The notes under the pieces were generated by a model that did no database searches, had not been told where the DNA came from, and saw only the letters and a list, made by a program, of their open reading frames with translations. A DNA stretch of 63,533 nt, counting the filler, from Octopus bimaculoides (taxonomy: Eukaryota), in assembly GCF_001194135.2 (NCBI RefSeq). It is 8 parts of 6 records of this genome, joined end to end, with 100 filler letters (N's around TTAATTAATTAA, not from the genome) between each part and the next. Parts side by side here need not be neighbours in the genome. Positions count along the whole stretch, not along the records: positions 1 to 24,291 come from NC_068981.1; 7 more parts are not named here. One strand, written 5' to 3'. How positions within the stretch are numbered: position 1 is the first letter of the stretch; every line of letters begins with the position of its first letter. Position numbers and translations under genes: made by a program. Positions 11,928-23,429 of this stretch are shown here, piece after piece.

Positions 11928-12640
11928 NNNNNNNNNNNNNNNNNNNNNNNNNNNNNNNNNNNNNNNNNNNNNNNNNNNNNNNNNNNNNNNNNNNNNNNNN
12001 NNNNNNNNNNNNNNNNNNNNNNNNNNNNNNNNNNNNNNNNNNNNNNNNNNNNNNNNNNNNNNNNNNNNNNNNNNNNNNNNNNNNNNNNNNNNNNNNNNNN
12101 NNNNNNNNNNNNNNNNNNNNNNNNNNNNNACATATTTGGTTTATTTCAAGCCGGTAGATCAAAAATCAAATGTTATCAGCTTAATAGTTCTCATAATCAA
12201 CTCTATTTTCTTCTGGCAATCAGGATATAAGGGCTGTGTCATTTATGCATTAATCCCTACAGCTCACTGAAGGATAATGGTTCCAAATAAGTATTAAAAT
12301 TGAGTCTCAGATTTGATTTACAGAGAAAATATTATTTTTAAACATACACTGTATGTACTTCCTTAAGGGAACTACTACTTTGTTGCTTAATTTGCTAAAA
12401 ATTGAAGTCAAATTCAGTCATCACAACAAATGTACATAATGGTTAATGTAGACCAGGTTACAATATTACAGAGAAAAAGATGAATGGTCCTAGTTTAAAT
12501 ACTTTGCGCTGAATTGGGGTTAAACAGAACAGCCACGCATGTGTACACACGCGCGCACACACACACACACACAGCTTTTATTATAGTTCAACATTACATA
12601 AACTACTTGCCTCTGTAGGTTTAAAATGTTTCATACTTAC

Positions 12641-12683
12641 ATTTTGCAAATGTATCAACAGAAAATAAGGGAAATTTTCTCAC
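12641..12683 (-). other. Candidate 43-nt internal exon
   Basis: Acceptor TTTTTTCCTTTGTAG| and donor |GTAAGT. Phase 0 reads VRKFPLFSVDTFAK, and the exon itself begins GTGAGA. Confidence 0.5.
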
Positions 12684-12849
12684 CTACAAAGGAAAAAATA
12701 AATAAATAAAATAAATGTGCAAATAAATAAATAAATATATAAATACACAATTCAATTGAAGTTAACTCAAGTTGACTTGAGCTAACAAAAGTTAATTAGT
12801 CCAATAATGATTTCCAAAGTTAACTTAAAAGTTAAATTGTTAACGAAAA

Positions 12850-13595
12850 TCTTTTCTTTCTTGCATACATCTTCTTCCTGCTTTAATGCCAGGACATTTT
12901 CTTCATATTTACTCCTTTGATTTGTGTTTTGCATCCAGTCACACTAGATTTCCTATAATCACAACCAAAATTTCTATTGCAATAACATCACATATCTAAC
13001 AATAGATTCAAGGCTCCTTCATTGGAACTTTTATCAACATCATCTAGGTATTTGTGCATATGTGTGTGTGTGTGTGCAGTATTTGGTGTTAGTGTATGCG
13101 CAGATTTATATGTTTGTTTTATGGATGCGTTTTTATGTATATATTTTCATGTTTAGATGCATGCATATGTATTTATGTGCTAAATTTTTGGAAAGTTTTA
13201 CATATCTTCACAGTTCCATTGATGGCTTGAATCTGTAGTCTTCTAATCAACCTAATTTTTCCAGGTTTTTGTTGAGGCAGTTCGTTACATATCCCAATGC
13301 CCCAACAATCACGGGTATGAATCTGAACTTGTAGTCTGGGTGGAGTATCTGCAAATTTCTCAGTAGCTTGGCGTAGTTGTTCTTCTCTATGTATGTATGT
13401 ATGCGTGTATGTATGTATGTATGTATGTATGTATGTATGTGTGTGCGCGCATGCGTGCGTGTTATTGCAATAGAAATTTTGGTTGTGACTGTAGAAAATC
13501 TAATGTGACTGGATGCAAAACATAAAATCCAAGGAGTAAATAAACAAAATGACCTGGCATTAAAGAAGGAAGAAGATGTATGCAAGAAATAAAGA
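12850..13595. repeat. ~140-bp inverted duplication (12850-12987 / 13460-13595)
   Basis: Direct reading: TTTCTTGCATACATCTTCTTCC...CACAACCAAAATTTCTATTGCAATAACA recurs as its reverse complement with few mismatches, ~470 bp away. Confidence 0.9.
13247..13390 (-). mobile_element. R4/Dong-type non-LTR retroelement, C-terminal fragment
   Basis: NYAKLLRNLQILHPDYKFRFIPVIVGALGYVTNCLNKNLEKLG resembles the IPxxxGALG motif after the restriction-like endonuclease. Confidence 0.65.
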
Positions 13596-13619
13596 TTGGC
13601 TTATTTTGGTGTGTATATT

Positions 13620-14937
13620 CTTTTACTTGTTTCAGTCATTTGACTGTAGCCATGCTGGAGCACCGCCTTTAGTCAAACTAATCGATCCCAGAACTTATTC
13701 TTTGTAAGCCTAATACTTATTCTATCAGTCTCTTTTGCCGAACCACTAAGTTACAGGGATGGAAACGCACTAACATCGGTTGTCAAACGACAATGGGAGG
13801 ATAAAGATAGACACACAAACATTCATATATATCATCATAATCATCATCATCATCGTTTAACGTCCGCTTTCCATGCTAGCATGGGTTGGACGATTTGACT
13901 GAGGACTGGTGAAACCGGATGGCAACACCAGGCTCCAGTCTAATTTGGCAGAGTTTCTACAGCTGGATGCCCTTCCTAACGCCAACCACTCAGAGAGTGT
14001 AGTGGGTGCTTTTACGTGTCACCCGCACGAAAACGGCCACGCTCGAAATGGTGTCTTTTATGTGCCNNNNNNNNNNNNNNNNNNNNNNNNNNNNNNNNNN
14101 NNNNNNNNNNNNNNNNNNNNNNNNNNNNNNNNNNNNNNNNNNNNNNNNNNNNNNNNNNNNNNNNNNNNNNNNNNNNNNNNNNNNNNNNNNNNNNNNNNNN
14201 NNNNNNNNNNNNNNNNNNNNNNNNNNNNNNNNNNNNNNNNNNNNNNNNNNNNNNNNNNNNNNNNNNNNNNNNNNNNNNNNNNNNNNNNNNNNNNNNNNNN
14301 NNNNNNNNNNNNNNNNNNNNNNNNNNNNNNNNNNNNNNNNNNNNNNNNNNNNNNNNNNNNNNNNNNNNNNNNNNNNNNNNNNNNNNNNNNNNNNNNNNNN
14401 NNNNNNNNNNNNNNNNNNNNNNNNNNNNNNNNNNNNNNNNNNNNNNNNNNNNNNNNNNNNNNNNNNNNNNNNNNNNNNNNNNNNNNNNNNNNNNNNNNNN
14501 NNNNNNNNNNNNNNNNNNNNNNNNNNNNNNNNNNNNNNNNNNNNNNNNNNNNNNNNNNNNNNNNNNNNNNNNNNNNNNNNNNNNNNNNNNNNNNNNNNNN
14601 NNNNNNNNNNNNNNNNNNNNNNNNNNNNNNNNNNNNNNNNNNNNNNNNNNNNNNNNNNNNNNNNNNNNNNNNNNNNNNNNNNNNNNNNNNNNNNNNNNNN
14701 NNNNNNNNNNNNNNNNNNNNNNNNNNNNNNNNNNNNNNNNNNNNNNNNNNNNNNNNNNNNNNNNNNNNNNNNNNNNNNNNNNNNNNNNNNNNNNNNNNNN
14801 NNNNNNNNNNNNNNNNNNNNNNTGTTTCACTGCCATGTAGCATGGCTGTTCGTACGCATGCGTCATTCTGTCTGCCTTTTACTCTGAGTGAGAGTCCCTT
14901 TGTCGCCAGCAGGGGTATATATATATATATATCTATG

Positions 14938-14974
<37 letters not shown>

Positions 14975-15087
14975 GTATATATATATATATACATACACGA
15001 CGGGCTTCTTTCAGTTTCCGTCTACCAACTCCACTCACAAGGCTTTGGTCAGCCCGAGGCTATAGTAGAAGACACTTGCCCAAAGTG
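13620..15087 (-). mobile_element. SINE family 1 copy split by an RTE insertion (3' half 13620-13825, 5' half 14995-15087)
   Basis: The two halves are colinear on the minus strand, either side of the RTE fragment and the (TA)n tract. Confidence 0.8.
13843..14912 (-). mobile_element. RTE LINE 3' fragment (spans gap 14067-14822)
   Basis: (ATC)n tail then the RTE 3' UTR. 14823-14912 matches RTE coding sequence at 59815-59905 and 55995-56085. Confidence 0.88.
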
Positions 15088-16789
15088 CCAGAGAGAGAGA
15101 GAGAGAGAGAGATGGATAGACAGACAGATGTATGCATGTATTCTATACTGTAGCTAATCTGTTTTGAGAAAAAAACACTTCATTTCCATTGCGTGTAGTA
15201 GTTCACAAAACTGCTACCTCTATAACTCCAGTCCTAGCTACTAACTATCATGAATTGATTACATAAATTGTAAATGAGAAGTTTCCACTGTTTTAACCAC
15301 TTAGAGTTGTATTACATGCAATGGTTTCAAATGGTTATCGAAACCAATTAAACCATTGCACATTATGCAACATGGCTTACCAGGGAGCTTAGCACTATTC
15401 AACAGTGCAAATGCATTCCAGTGCAATTGGTGCAAAAGATAAACTAAATGACTGTAAATTTAATTAGAAACCAATTTATCAAAACTGAAGCAGACCTTTA
15501 ATGAGAAAACTTATGAGACACTGAATTTAAATAAAAACAATAGAGAGTAAATTATATAATTAACAGTAGATATGGAGGAAGTTTCCATTGTTCTGTGCGT
15601 ATGTGAGAGAGAGAGAGAGAAGGAGTGTATGTGTGTGAGGGGGGTATATTTGTGCGCCTGTGTGTTAAAGTATAACCTGATTATCCAGTCTTATTCCAAA
15701 GCACCTGACAAGTATTTCATATTGTCTTTTCCATTTAAGCATTAAATGTTAACTTTGTTTAATAAGACTCATTCTGTGGTAGCTTATAATTGAACATTTT
15801 CATTATATTACATTAAAAACGGTACAAAGGATCCTTCTTTTTCCTTGCAAACCCATTTATTCCACTTTTGAAATGTTTATAAAAGAATAGAAGTTTTAAC
15901 TTCACTACAATAACAGCATTTTGCTCTGAGAATATGCACAATTCACTCATTTACCTATCAGTAAAACTCTAACTACACTGCTCACAAGCAGGCAAGGCTA
16001 TGTGGTTAAGAAGTTTGCTTTGCTATCACCTGGATTTGTGATTTAGTTTTCTCTTGTGTAGGCTTCTACTATCATCTCTGGTCAATCCAAGCCACTACCA
16101 CCACTGCCATTGACACCACCATCACCATCATCATTTAACATTCGTTTTTTTATGCTGGTATATGTTGGACAGTTTGTCAGGAGGTGACAAACCAGAGGAC
16201 TGTGCCAAGCTCTAATGTCTGCTTTTGGTTAGGGTTAGGGTTAGGCTCAATAAAATAATTACTCCTTCCTCCGAAATTGCTGGCCTTGTATCAAAATTTG
16301 AAACCAATATAAGGTGGTATTTAGAATGATGACCAGAAGGATATATTCAAGTTCAGAGGCATTCCTATTGAACTGAAGTGAAAATTAACTAATGCTCCGA
16401 AAACAAATTTCTTCAAACTTTTGTTTTAAATATTGTAGATAATGAACCAAGTAAAAAGAGGTGGTAGTAGGGCTCTTCCATAATTTTTTCAGATTTTACT
16501 TTATGAATATCTTTTTTGCGTTATGTGTTATGATTCTTCAGAATTATATATAACATAAATCCGAAATTATTTTCAAAAAGAGTCACAACCGAAAATTTAC
16601 GGAAAAGGGAAACAAATCCCCCCGCCTCCATTTTTTATTTCCAAATTCGCAATCTCTGGTACTTAAAACATATGCACCCGAAGAAATGTGGATTTTTGGC
16701 AGACCAGATAATTTTTGATTCTATAGGGATGCCAAATTCTGGTCATAATCATTGCTTTTTTTGGTTTCAAGTCTCAGTGTGAAATAACT

Positions 16790-17575
16790 ATTATCACTTC
16801 CAAGACAATTTATTACCGCTTCGCCAGCCCCCACCTTCTGCTTCGCAGTCAAACAGCAACGTGTAGTACATTTCAGTGCCCACCTCATCAACCGGTATCT
16901 TTCTTAATGATAAGTGCGCTCGTACCAGAGTGGCCCAGTGCTTTGGTCTCCGCGCGAGCTGCCCGAATGCCGTTGTGGAGCGGTAGTCGATGAGTTCGGC
17001 CTGCATCCGCTATCCTGCGGCGCCAGTTACACCGACACGCCACTCCGAATTACATAATTAGAAGGTGCCTCGATGCGGCTGGCTTCCTATCACGACTGGA
17101 GTCATTAGGTCTTGACCGCAGGGATGGTAAGCTCCCACACCTGGGATACTTCGTGCTGCGACACGTTCTCCAGCTCCAACTTTGTTGTATTGGCCACAAA
17201 TCCGGGTATCGCTGCTCGAAACGCAGAGGAAAGAAAAAAACAAACAAAAACAAATACAGAAGCCTGACCGGCCGCTGTCAAATTGTACTGGTCGCCGTCG
17301 AGACCTTAAATGTTCTCGAACTCAGCACTGCCGATTTTCTCTGCAAAATTGAGATAGCCGCGACACGTCTGAGATGTGATGTGAGAGCTCTGAGAAAAGA
17401 GCCAACTAGCGTCGCTGGCCGTTCTCCGCAGCAACGCCATTACAATCATATCCGCGGGGCGCGGCTAAATATGTCATTTGTTCTGGGGTGTACAACCCGT
17501 TACACTATTACGTCACCCCGTCTGCTACTTAATTTCCACTCTCTTTTTTTCTTTTGCTTTGTTTCCTTGGTGAGG
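16790..17575. promoter_or_regulatory. CpG/GC-rich island, probable promoter and first exon
   Basis: Unique, visibly CpG-dense sequence in an AT-rich background. It has a CRE/ATF-like TTACGTCA (17508-17515) and a GC box GGGGCGCGG (17456-17464). Candidate donors: minus |GTAATA at 16816 and plus ATG|GTAAGC at 17124-17132. Confidence 0.55.
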
Positions 17576-19714
17576 TAGTTGTTATTTTTTCTTGATACTT
17601 TGATCTTTTATACATTTAATTTTTTAAAAGAATTTTCTTTCTGTAAAAAGTTAAAAATTGCTTACTTATAAAAAAGAAAAGAAAGAAAAGAATTATGAAA
17701 CCCTTTCCTATGTTGCACAAACAGTGAGCAGTACCAAAATATCCATCATAGATACAGAGATCGTGCCACAATCAAGATATGAAATCGTTCTTTTGGCTAG
17801 TCAGTGCAATAATATCCCAACCGACTCGGAGTAGTAGCTACTCCTACTACACGAGTTATATCTAATACAATGCCGCCTGTACTTTATCAGTTTAAGGCGG
17901 CTAAAGGGGAAATGCTTTGAGACGGAGAGGGAGAGAGAGAGAAAGAGAGGGAGAGAGAGAGCGAGGGAGAGAAAGAGAGGAAGGGAGGGAGAGACCTGTG
18001 TGTGTGTGCGCGCCCGCGCGCATGTATTGATAGATACAATGCAAAGGAAACGGTTATATATCAAATCTATTTACATTAGTCTCTCTTCTGTTGCCATCGC
18101 TACTTCCATTCCTCTCAGTTACACTTCCCAACCCGATCATCAAAGTGGTTGCAAGGTCTTCCAAAACAGATCAGACCTTGTAAATGAAATATAGTACATT
18201 ACACAACCTCAAAGGGTAAACAGTGTCAAAAACATCACAGTCAGTGATAGCACCATCTTGCCAAACTGGTATACAAAGTAATCTTTTTATGTATTCACCC
18301 ACTTTTCTCTTCTCTCTACAGAAGGAATACAACAAACTTATGTAACTTGATTATATGAGTCATGGAACCAATGGGGGTGCTATTTGTCAAAGAGAAAGAG
18401 GAGAAAATGAAAGAAGAAAAAGGAAAAAGCAGAATGGAGTTTAGTGCGACGACGAGGGGTGATATCTGAAAAATGAGTTGGCGCTAGAAGAGGAGGTGGT
18501 GCAATTGTTGTGTGCAGGGTTGTTGTGATTGAGAGAGGTTTGGGGTAGGGCCATGTTAACAGTCACAGAATACACGACTATCAACACAGAAAAGTTAGTC
18601 ATAACATGACAACAACTTAAGTGGAGAAAAGAAATACTTAATGTTTTTTGGTTGATTAATATAGAAAGGAAAACAAAAAAGAGAAAAGTAAAAGATTCGA
18701 GAACGGGAAGAGCCGGAAGCTGTTAATAGATTCAACTGAATACTGAATTTAAATGAATAGCGCCAAGATGTCATTCACGATGAGGACTAACTTTTTGCCC
18801 CACTCCCTCGCATAAATAAAAGCATGAGATACTGATTTAAAGGGGTGGGAATATGCCTGCATTTAGAAATTACTTTCATGATGAGATCACTGGTAAAATT
18901 ATTTTACTATTGCTTTGTGAACTTTTTGTAACTGGTAGTGTTTAGTTTACGTTTTGAGTTCAAATCTCACTAGTCGACTATTTAAATCCTTCTATATCAG
19001 ATTAAATCGACTTTTATGCGGGGATAGAGACAAGAGAGTGAGGTATTCCGAAGGAAGGGATTGCAAGAAAAACGTAAACGGGGCGAGGGATTCCAGAAAG
19101 GAGGCGCTTGGGGTTGGCCAGAGGGATGAGACAGGGTCTGACGAAAGGAGCTTCGAAGAGCAGAAACCATAGTTAACGGTTAACTTAACGCCTTTCACGC
19201 TGAAATCGCTTTAGTACACACGATCTCAGATCAAAACACTTTCTACGCAAAAAGATCTCTGTAATTATTTATTTATTTATTTTTTAAATATGCGTAGCAT
19301 TAGCACTATCACAGACATGAAGGTAATATTGTGAATTTGTGTCTATGCAAGAAATCATCATTAGAAGGTGACAGGATTCTCAGGAATGCCTTACATATTT
19401 TTTTTTTAGTTCAAATCCTGCTGAATCAACTCTGCCTTTAATTTCAGGGGAGTGGAGAAAATATTGTCCTGTAAGGATCAAATCGCTTTTTGTTATTGTT
19501 TACTGTCAGGTCAGCCCTAATCGATCGAACTTGTAATCAAAGACATTCCAAACCATGGCCACTGATTTGTTATAGCCCGTATCCTTCCATGTACTCTTCT
19601 CACTATATTCAGACTATATCCTTCCAATCACATTTCCCACTTTATTTAAACACTAGGGGTTGATGAATATGAGATTTGGTTGATATTTCTAGCTGGTCAA
19701 ACAACCGTGCAGAG

Positions 19715-19925
19715 CAGAGTTTTTCAACCATTTTTTGGCAACAGACCCCTTTGATTCCTATTTTACTTGAATGGACACTCCTAGGCACCCGATGTTTAAA
19801 AAGTCCTACTATATTTTTATAAATATTATTAGGAATTGTATGAAAAAAATTGTTAAAATATTTTGTGTAGTATAGAAGTACAACTAATTTATTGCACATA
19901 AACTTTAACAAGTTGAGAACCACTG
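19715..19925. mobile_element. hAT-Charlie-like MITE (211 bp)
   Basis: TIRs CAGAGTTTTTCAACC / GTTGAGAACCACTG. The flanking 8-mers GTGCAGAG and ATGTACAG match at 5 of 8 positions, consistent with a decayed TSD. Confidence 0.7.
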
Positions 19926-19954
19926 ATGTACAGGCTCATATTCCTCTGTGATAT

Positions 19955-20077
19955 TTTCTATACCTTTTCTATATTCCAGAAAGCGAAATATTATTATTAT
20001 TATTTCACTTTCTGGAATATAGAAAAGGTATAGAAACCTTTTCTATATCCCAGAAAGTGAAATAATAATAATAATAA
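19955..20077. repeat. 36-bp inverted repeat plus a third partial copy
   Basis: 19955-19990 pairs with 20001-20036 with one mismatch; 20037-20077 repeats the unit in the original orientation. Confidence 0.9.
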
Positions 20078-20464
20078 GTTTCTGATTTACACAAGACCAT
20101 CAGTTTTGAGAGGAAGGAGTTACCGGTACTTTGACTGATACTTTATTTTACGTTACAAGGCTTTAACTACAGTTAAATGAATGCTTGGATGAGGGAATTC
20201 ACAGATTTGAGCAGAAATGAAAGTGGTCCAATTAAATACAAAGGCCCAGGAGTTCTTATTTACATAGTACTACTAATAACATAAGATTGGTGCAAAAATA
20301 ATCAGTTTTTTTCTTTCTTTCGTTTTTTTTAAATTTCATTTAAACGTTGATGCTTATTTTGAAATAAATTTTAAACTATGTTCATGTTCATGTGATAAAC
20401 CATTCTGAAGTACCGATTTCAGTCTATTGAGTTATACTAAAGTTTTTACTTACACACACACACA

Positions 20465-20625
20465 ACAGGGTTCCACACAGTTTCTATCAAATTCACTCAT
20501 AAAGCAATTAGTCTGCTTAGGCCTATTGTAGAAGACATTTACCCCAAGTACCATACAGTATCACTGAACCTGAAGCTATGTTGTTGCAAAATGAACTTGT
20601 TAACCGCAGAGCCATACCTGCACAG
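20465..20625 (-). mobile_element. SINE family 1, 5' half (old)
   Basis: CAGTTTC.ATCAAATTCACTCA.AAAGC...GTAGAAGACA.TT.CCC.AAG...CTGAACC matches the reverse complement of the head. Confidence 0.7.
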
Positions 20626-20677
20626 TTACTAATTTGGTTAATAAAGCTTATTCTGAGGTGAGATGTAATTGCTTGAA

Positions 20678-20887
20678 CCCTTTAGCATTTAAACTGATTA
20701 TATCAGGCCTAAATATTCTACCTGTTTTATATTCAGCTCTACCCCACATCTATCCCACAATGTCATCCTAAAAATATCAACAATTATGTCATTGAAATCT
20801 CAAAGCAACAAGATAATGCATGATTAATTCAAAACAATGTGAATAAATAAGCATTACATTAGACAGAATAATATGAATGCCAAAGTG
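20678..20887. mobile_element. piggyBac-like MITE
   Basis: Termini CCCTTTAGCATT / AATGCCAAAGTG with TTAA-like flanks (TGAA, TTTAA). Confidence 0.55.
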
Positions 20888-20992
20888 TTTAAGTTGATGG
20901 TCAATATCCCAATTATTTTTACACTAACCTGATACTCTTTCCTCAATTAATTTGTGATCTTGAGGGCAATGTAAGAAGTTGTTGTTGTTGTT

Positions 20993-21039
<47 letters not shown>

Positions 21040-21050
21040 TACTACTACTA

Positions 21051-21419
21051 CCTCCGCCTTAGCGAAGGTGGCGGTATTGTTTTCAGTCATATTTGTTTGT
21101 TTGTTCATAGACAAGATATCTCAAGAACCGCTGGATGGATTCGGATGAAACTTTCAGGGATGTTTGGCCTCATGACTGGCACAAACTGGTTAGATTTGGG
21201 GATTGATTTGGTCGGCACTGGACAAGAATTCTGGATTATTTTTCGTTTTTTTTTTTTACTTAATTTTTGAGAGTAGTAGGGCTCATTTTTAATATTCTTG
21301 TTTGTGAGAGCAGTCGAGTTTATTTCAGATATTCTCATTTTTAAAATTATCTCCAGCTAATTGTTGAGAGGACGTTGGTGTTGCCTTGGCAGATGTTTGC
21401 ACTCTCTGAGTGCTTGTTA
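21051..21419 (+). mobile_element. HINE/DINE-1-like Helentron-associated element
   Basis: 5' hairpin CCGCCTT-AGCG-AAGGTGG, (GTTT)n tract, core GGATGGATTCGGATGAAACTTTCAGG, and 3' end CCTTGGCAGATGTTTGCACTCTCTGAGTGCTT. Confidence 0.7.
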
Positions 21420-21424
21420 TTGTT

Positions 21425-21772
21425 ATTATTATTATTATTGTTCAGTAGTTTTATTTTTATGACGTGCTTTCACTTCACTACCGAGCGCAGCTCTGTGCGC
21501 TTTGGGTATGTGCTGTGGTTTGCTGTGGTGTTCTTATGGTTACTGTATTGAAAGTGTTTTGCGTAGGATGTGTGCAGTGCCCAGTAGTGCAATTTTCTGT
21601 ATGTTATATATATTTGTAAGTCCTGGTGTTTTTGTTATGTATTTGTCTGAATATTTTTTTTATTATACCTAAGGCACCTACTATGATAGGAATTGTTTCT
21701 GTTTTTAGATTCCACATTCGAGTTACCTCTATTTCCAGGTCTTTGTATTTTGAAAGTTTTTCCATTTCTTTT
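21425..21772 (-). mobile_element. R4/Dong-type non-LTR retroelement 3' end
   Basis: Translates KEMEKLSKYKDLEIEVTRMWNLKTETIPIIVGALGII(fs)KYSDKYITKTPGLTNIYNIQKIALLGTAHILRKTLSIQ*, with the stop at 21540-21542. A 3' UTR and (TAA)n tail follow. Confidence 0.85.
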
Positions 21773-22171
21773 TATTATTATTATTATTATTATCATTAGC
21801 AGCAGCAGCAGACACTGTCATGCCATACACAATCAGTGTAGCAAATCAGTGACCTTGATAGTGAGCTTTCAACAACAACAAATACTTCACTTTACATGTG
21901 GCTCAAATGCAAAGTTAAATATTTTAGAATACCCATATTTCATTGTTGTGCATTAAAATAACATGGAAAGTTGATATTGCTTTTCCCAGCTATAATTCAA
22001 CCCCAAACCCTAATATGCAGATTGTTAACAAATACTTATTAATGATAGAGGCAGTATTTATTCCCACATAAACGTGGATGTTCTATTAGAACAAACTATA
22101 TTGCAGTACTTACCACGAGAAAAGCTCATATATTGGTTTTGGTGCAAAATGCACTCTTGTTTATATTACAG

Positions 22172-22261
22172 GTGGGGGATACAAATCCCCACCACCTCCA
22201 GATCACATGATTTCTACCTTCCTTGGACTTGTCAATGATGGATGCTCAACTACTAGAGGTA
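22172..22261 (+). CDS. Candidate 90-nt symmetric (phase 1-1) coding exon, product unknown
   Basis: Acceptor CTCTTGTTTATATTACAG| and donor |GTAAGT, with an alternative donor |GTAGTA 3 nt earlier. The only open frame is GGYKSPPPPDHMISTFLGLVNDGCSTTRG. Confidence 0.4.
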
Positions 22262-22272
22262 GTAAGTGATTC

Positions 22273-22499
22273 GGATCTTTATGGTTTGACGGCCAACATT
22301 TTTTTATGTAGTGTTTTTGGTACCCAAACACTTTCAAACTTCGAATACTTGTATATTTTGTGGTATAGAACAGATAAAAAAATTTTGTATTCGAAGTTAT
22401 TTCATGTAAAAAATTGTCGTATTCCGGTAATTTCAACCAATCACTGACGTCTATTGAGGTGAAAACAATTACGCCGTGGAATGTAAACAACGGTGTCAG
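22273..22499. mobile_element. Second copy (one arm) of the 2281-3089 foldback family, truncated by a gap
   Basis: GTCGTATTCCGGTAATTTCAACCAATCACTGACGTCTATTGAGGTGAAAACAATTAC matches the reverse complement of 2885-2947. Confidence 0.85.
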
Positions 22500-23429
22500 N
22501 NNNNNNNNNNNNNNNNNNNNNNNNNNNNNNNNNNNNNNNNNNNNNNNNNNNNNNNNNNNNNNNNNNNNNNNNNNNNNNNNNNNNNNNNNNNNNNNNNNNN
22601 NNNNNNNNNNNNNNNNNNNNNNNNNNNNNNNNNNNNNNNNNNNNNNNNNNNNNNNNNNNNNNNNNNNNNNNNNNNNNNNNNNNNNNNNNNNNNNNNNNNN
22701 NNNNNNNNNNNNNNNNNNNNNNNNNNNNNNNNNNNNNNNNNNNNNNNNNNNNNNNNNNNNNNNNNNNNNNNNNNNNNNNNNNNNNNNNNNNNNNNNNNNN
22801 NNNNNNNNNNNNNNNNNNNNNNNNNNNNNNNNNNNNNNNNNNNNNNNNNNNNNNNNNNNNNNNNNNNNNNNNNNNNNNNNNNNNNNNNNNNNNNNNNNNN
22901 NNNNNNNNNNNNNNNNNNNNNNNNNNNNNNNNNNNNNNNNNNNNNNNNNNNNNNNNNNNNNNNNNNNNNNNNNNNNNNNNNNNNNNNNNNNNNNNNNNNN
23001 NNNNNNNNNNNNNNNNNNNNNNNNNNNNNNNNNNNNNNNNNNNNNNNNNNNNNNNNNNNNNNNNNNNNNNNNNNNNNNNNNNNNNNNNNNNNNNNNNNNN
23101 NNNNNNNNNNNNNNNNNNNNNNNNNNNNNNNNNNNNNNNNNNNNNNNNNNNNNNNNNNNNNNNNNNNNNNNNNNNNNNNNNNNNNNNNNNNNNNNNNNNN
23201 NNNNNNNNNNNNNNNNNNNNNNNNNNNNNNNNNNNNNNNNNNNNNNNNNNNNNNNNNNNNNNNNNNNNNNNNNNNNNNNNNNNNNNNNNNNNNNNNNNNN
23301 NNNNNNNNNNNNNNNNNNNNNNNNNNNNNNNNNNNNNNNNNNNNNNNNNNNNNNNNNNNNNNNNNNNNNNNNNNNNNNNNNNNNNNNNNNNNNNNNNNNN
23401 NNNNNNNNNNNNNNNNNNNNNTATATATA

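Noticed and set aside
16228-16246. (GGTTAG)3 interstitial telomere-like run
   Set aside because: Too short and isolated, at the junction of an RTE fragment and a SINE remnant; plausible by slippage.
17571-17592. TGAGGTAGTTGTT, resembling let-7/miR-98
   Set aside because: Only the first 9 nt match, the rest is T-rich, and I see no complementary arm; it overlaps a possible splice donor.
22477-22495. TGGAATGTAAA, resembling miR-1
   Set aside because: Lies inside the foldback repeat arm, diverges after 11 nt, and has no hairpin partner.
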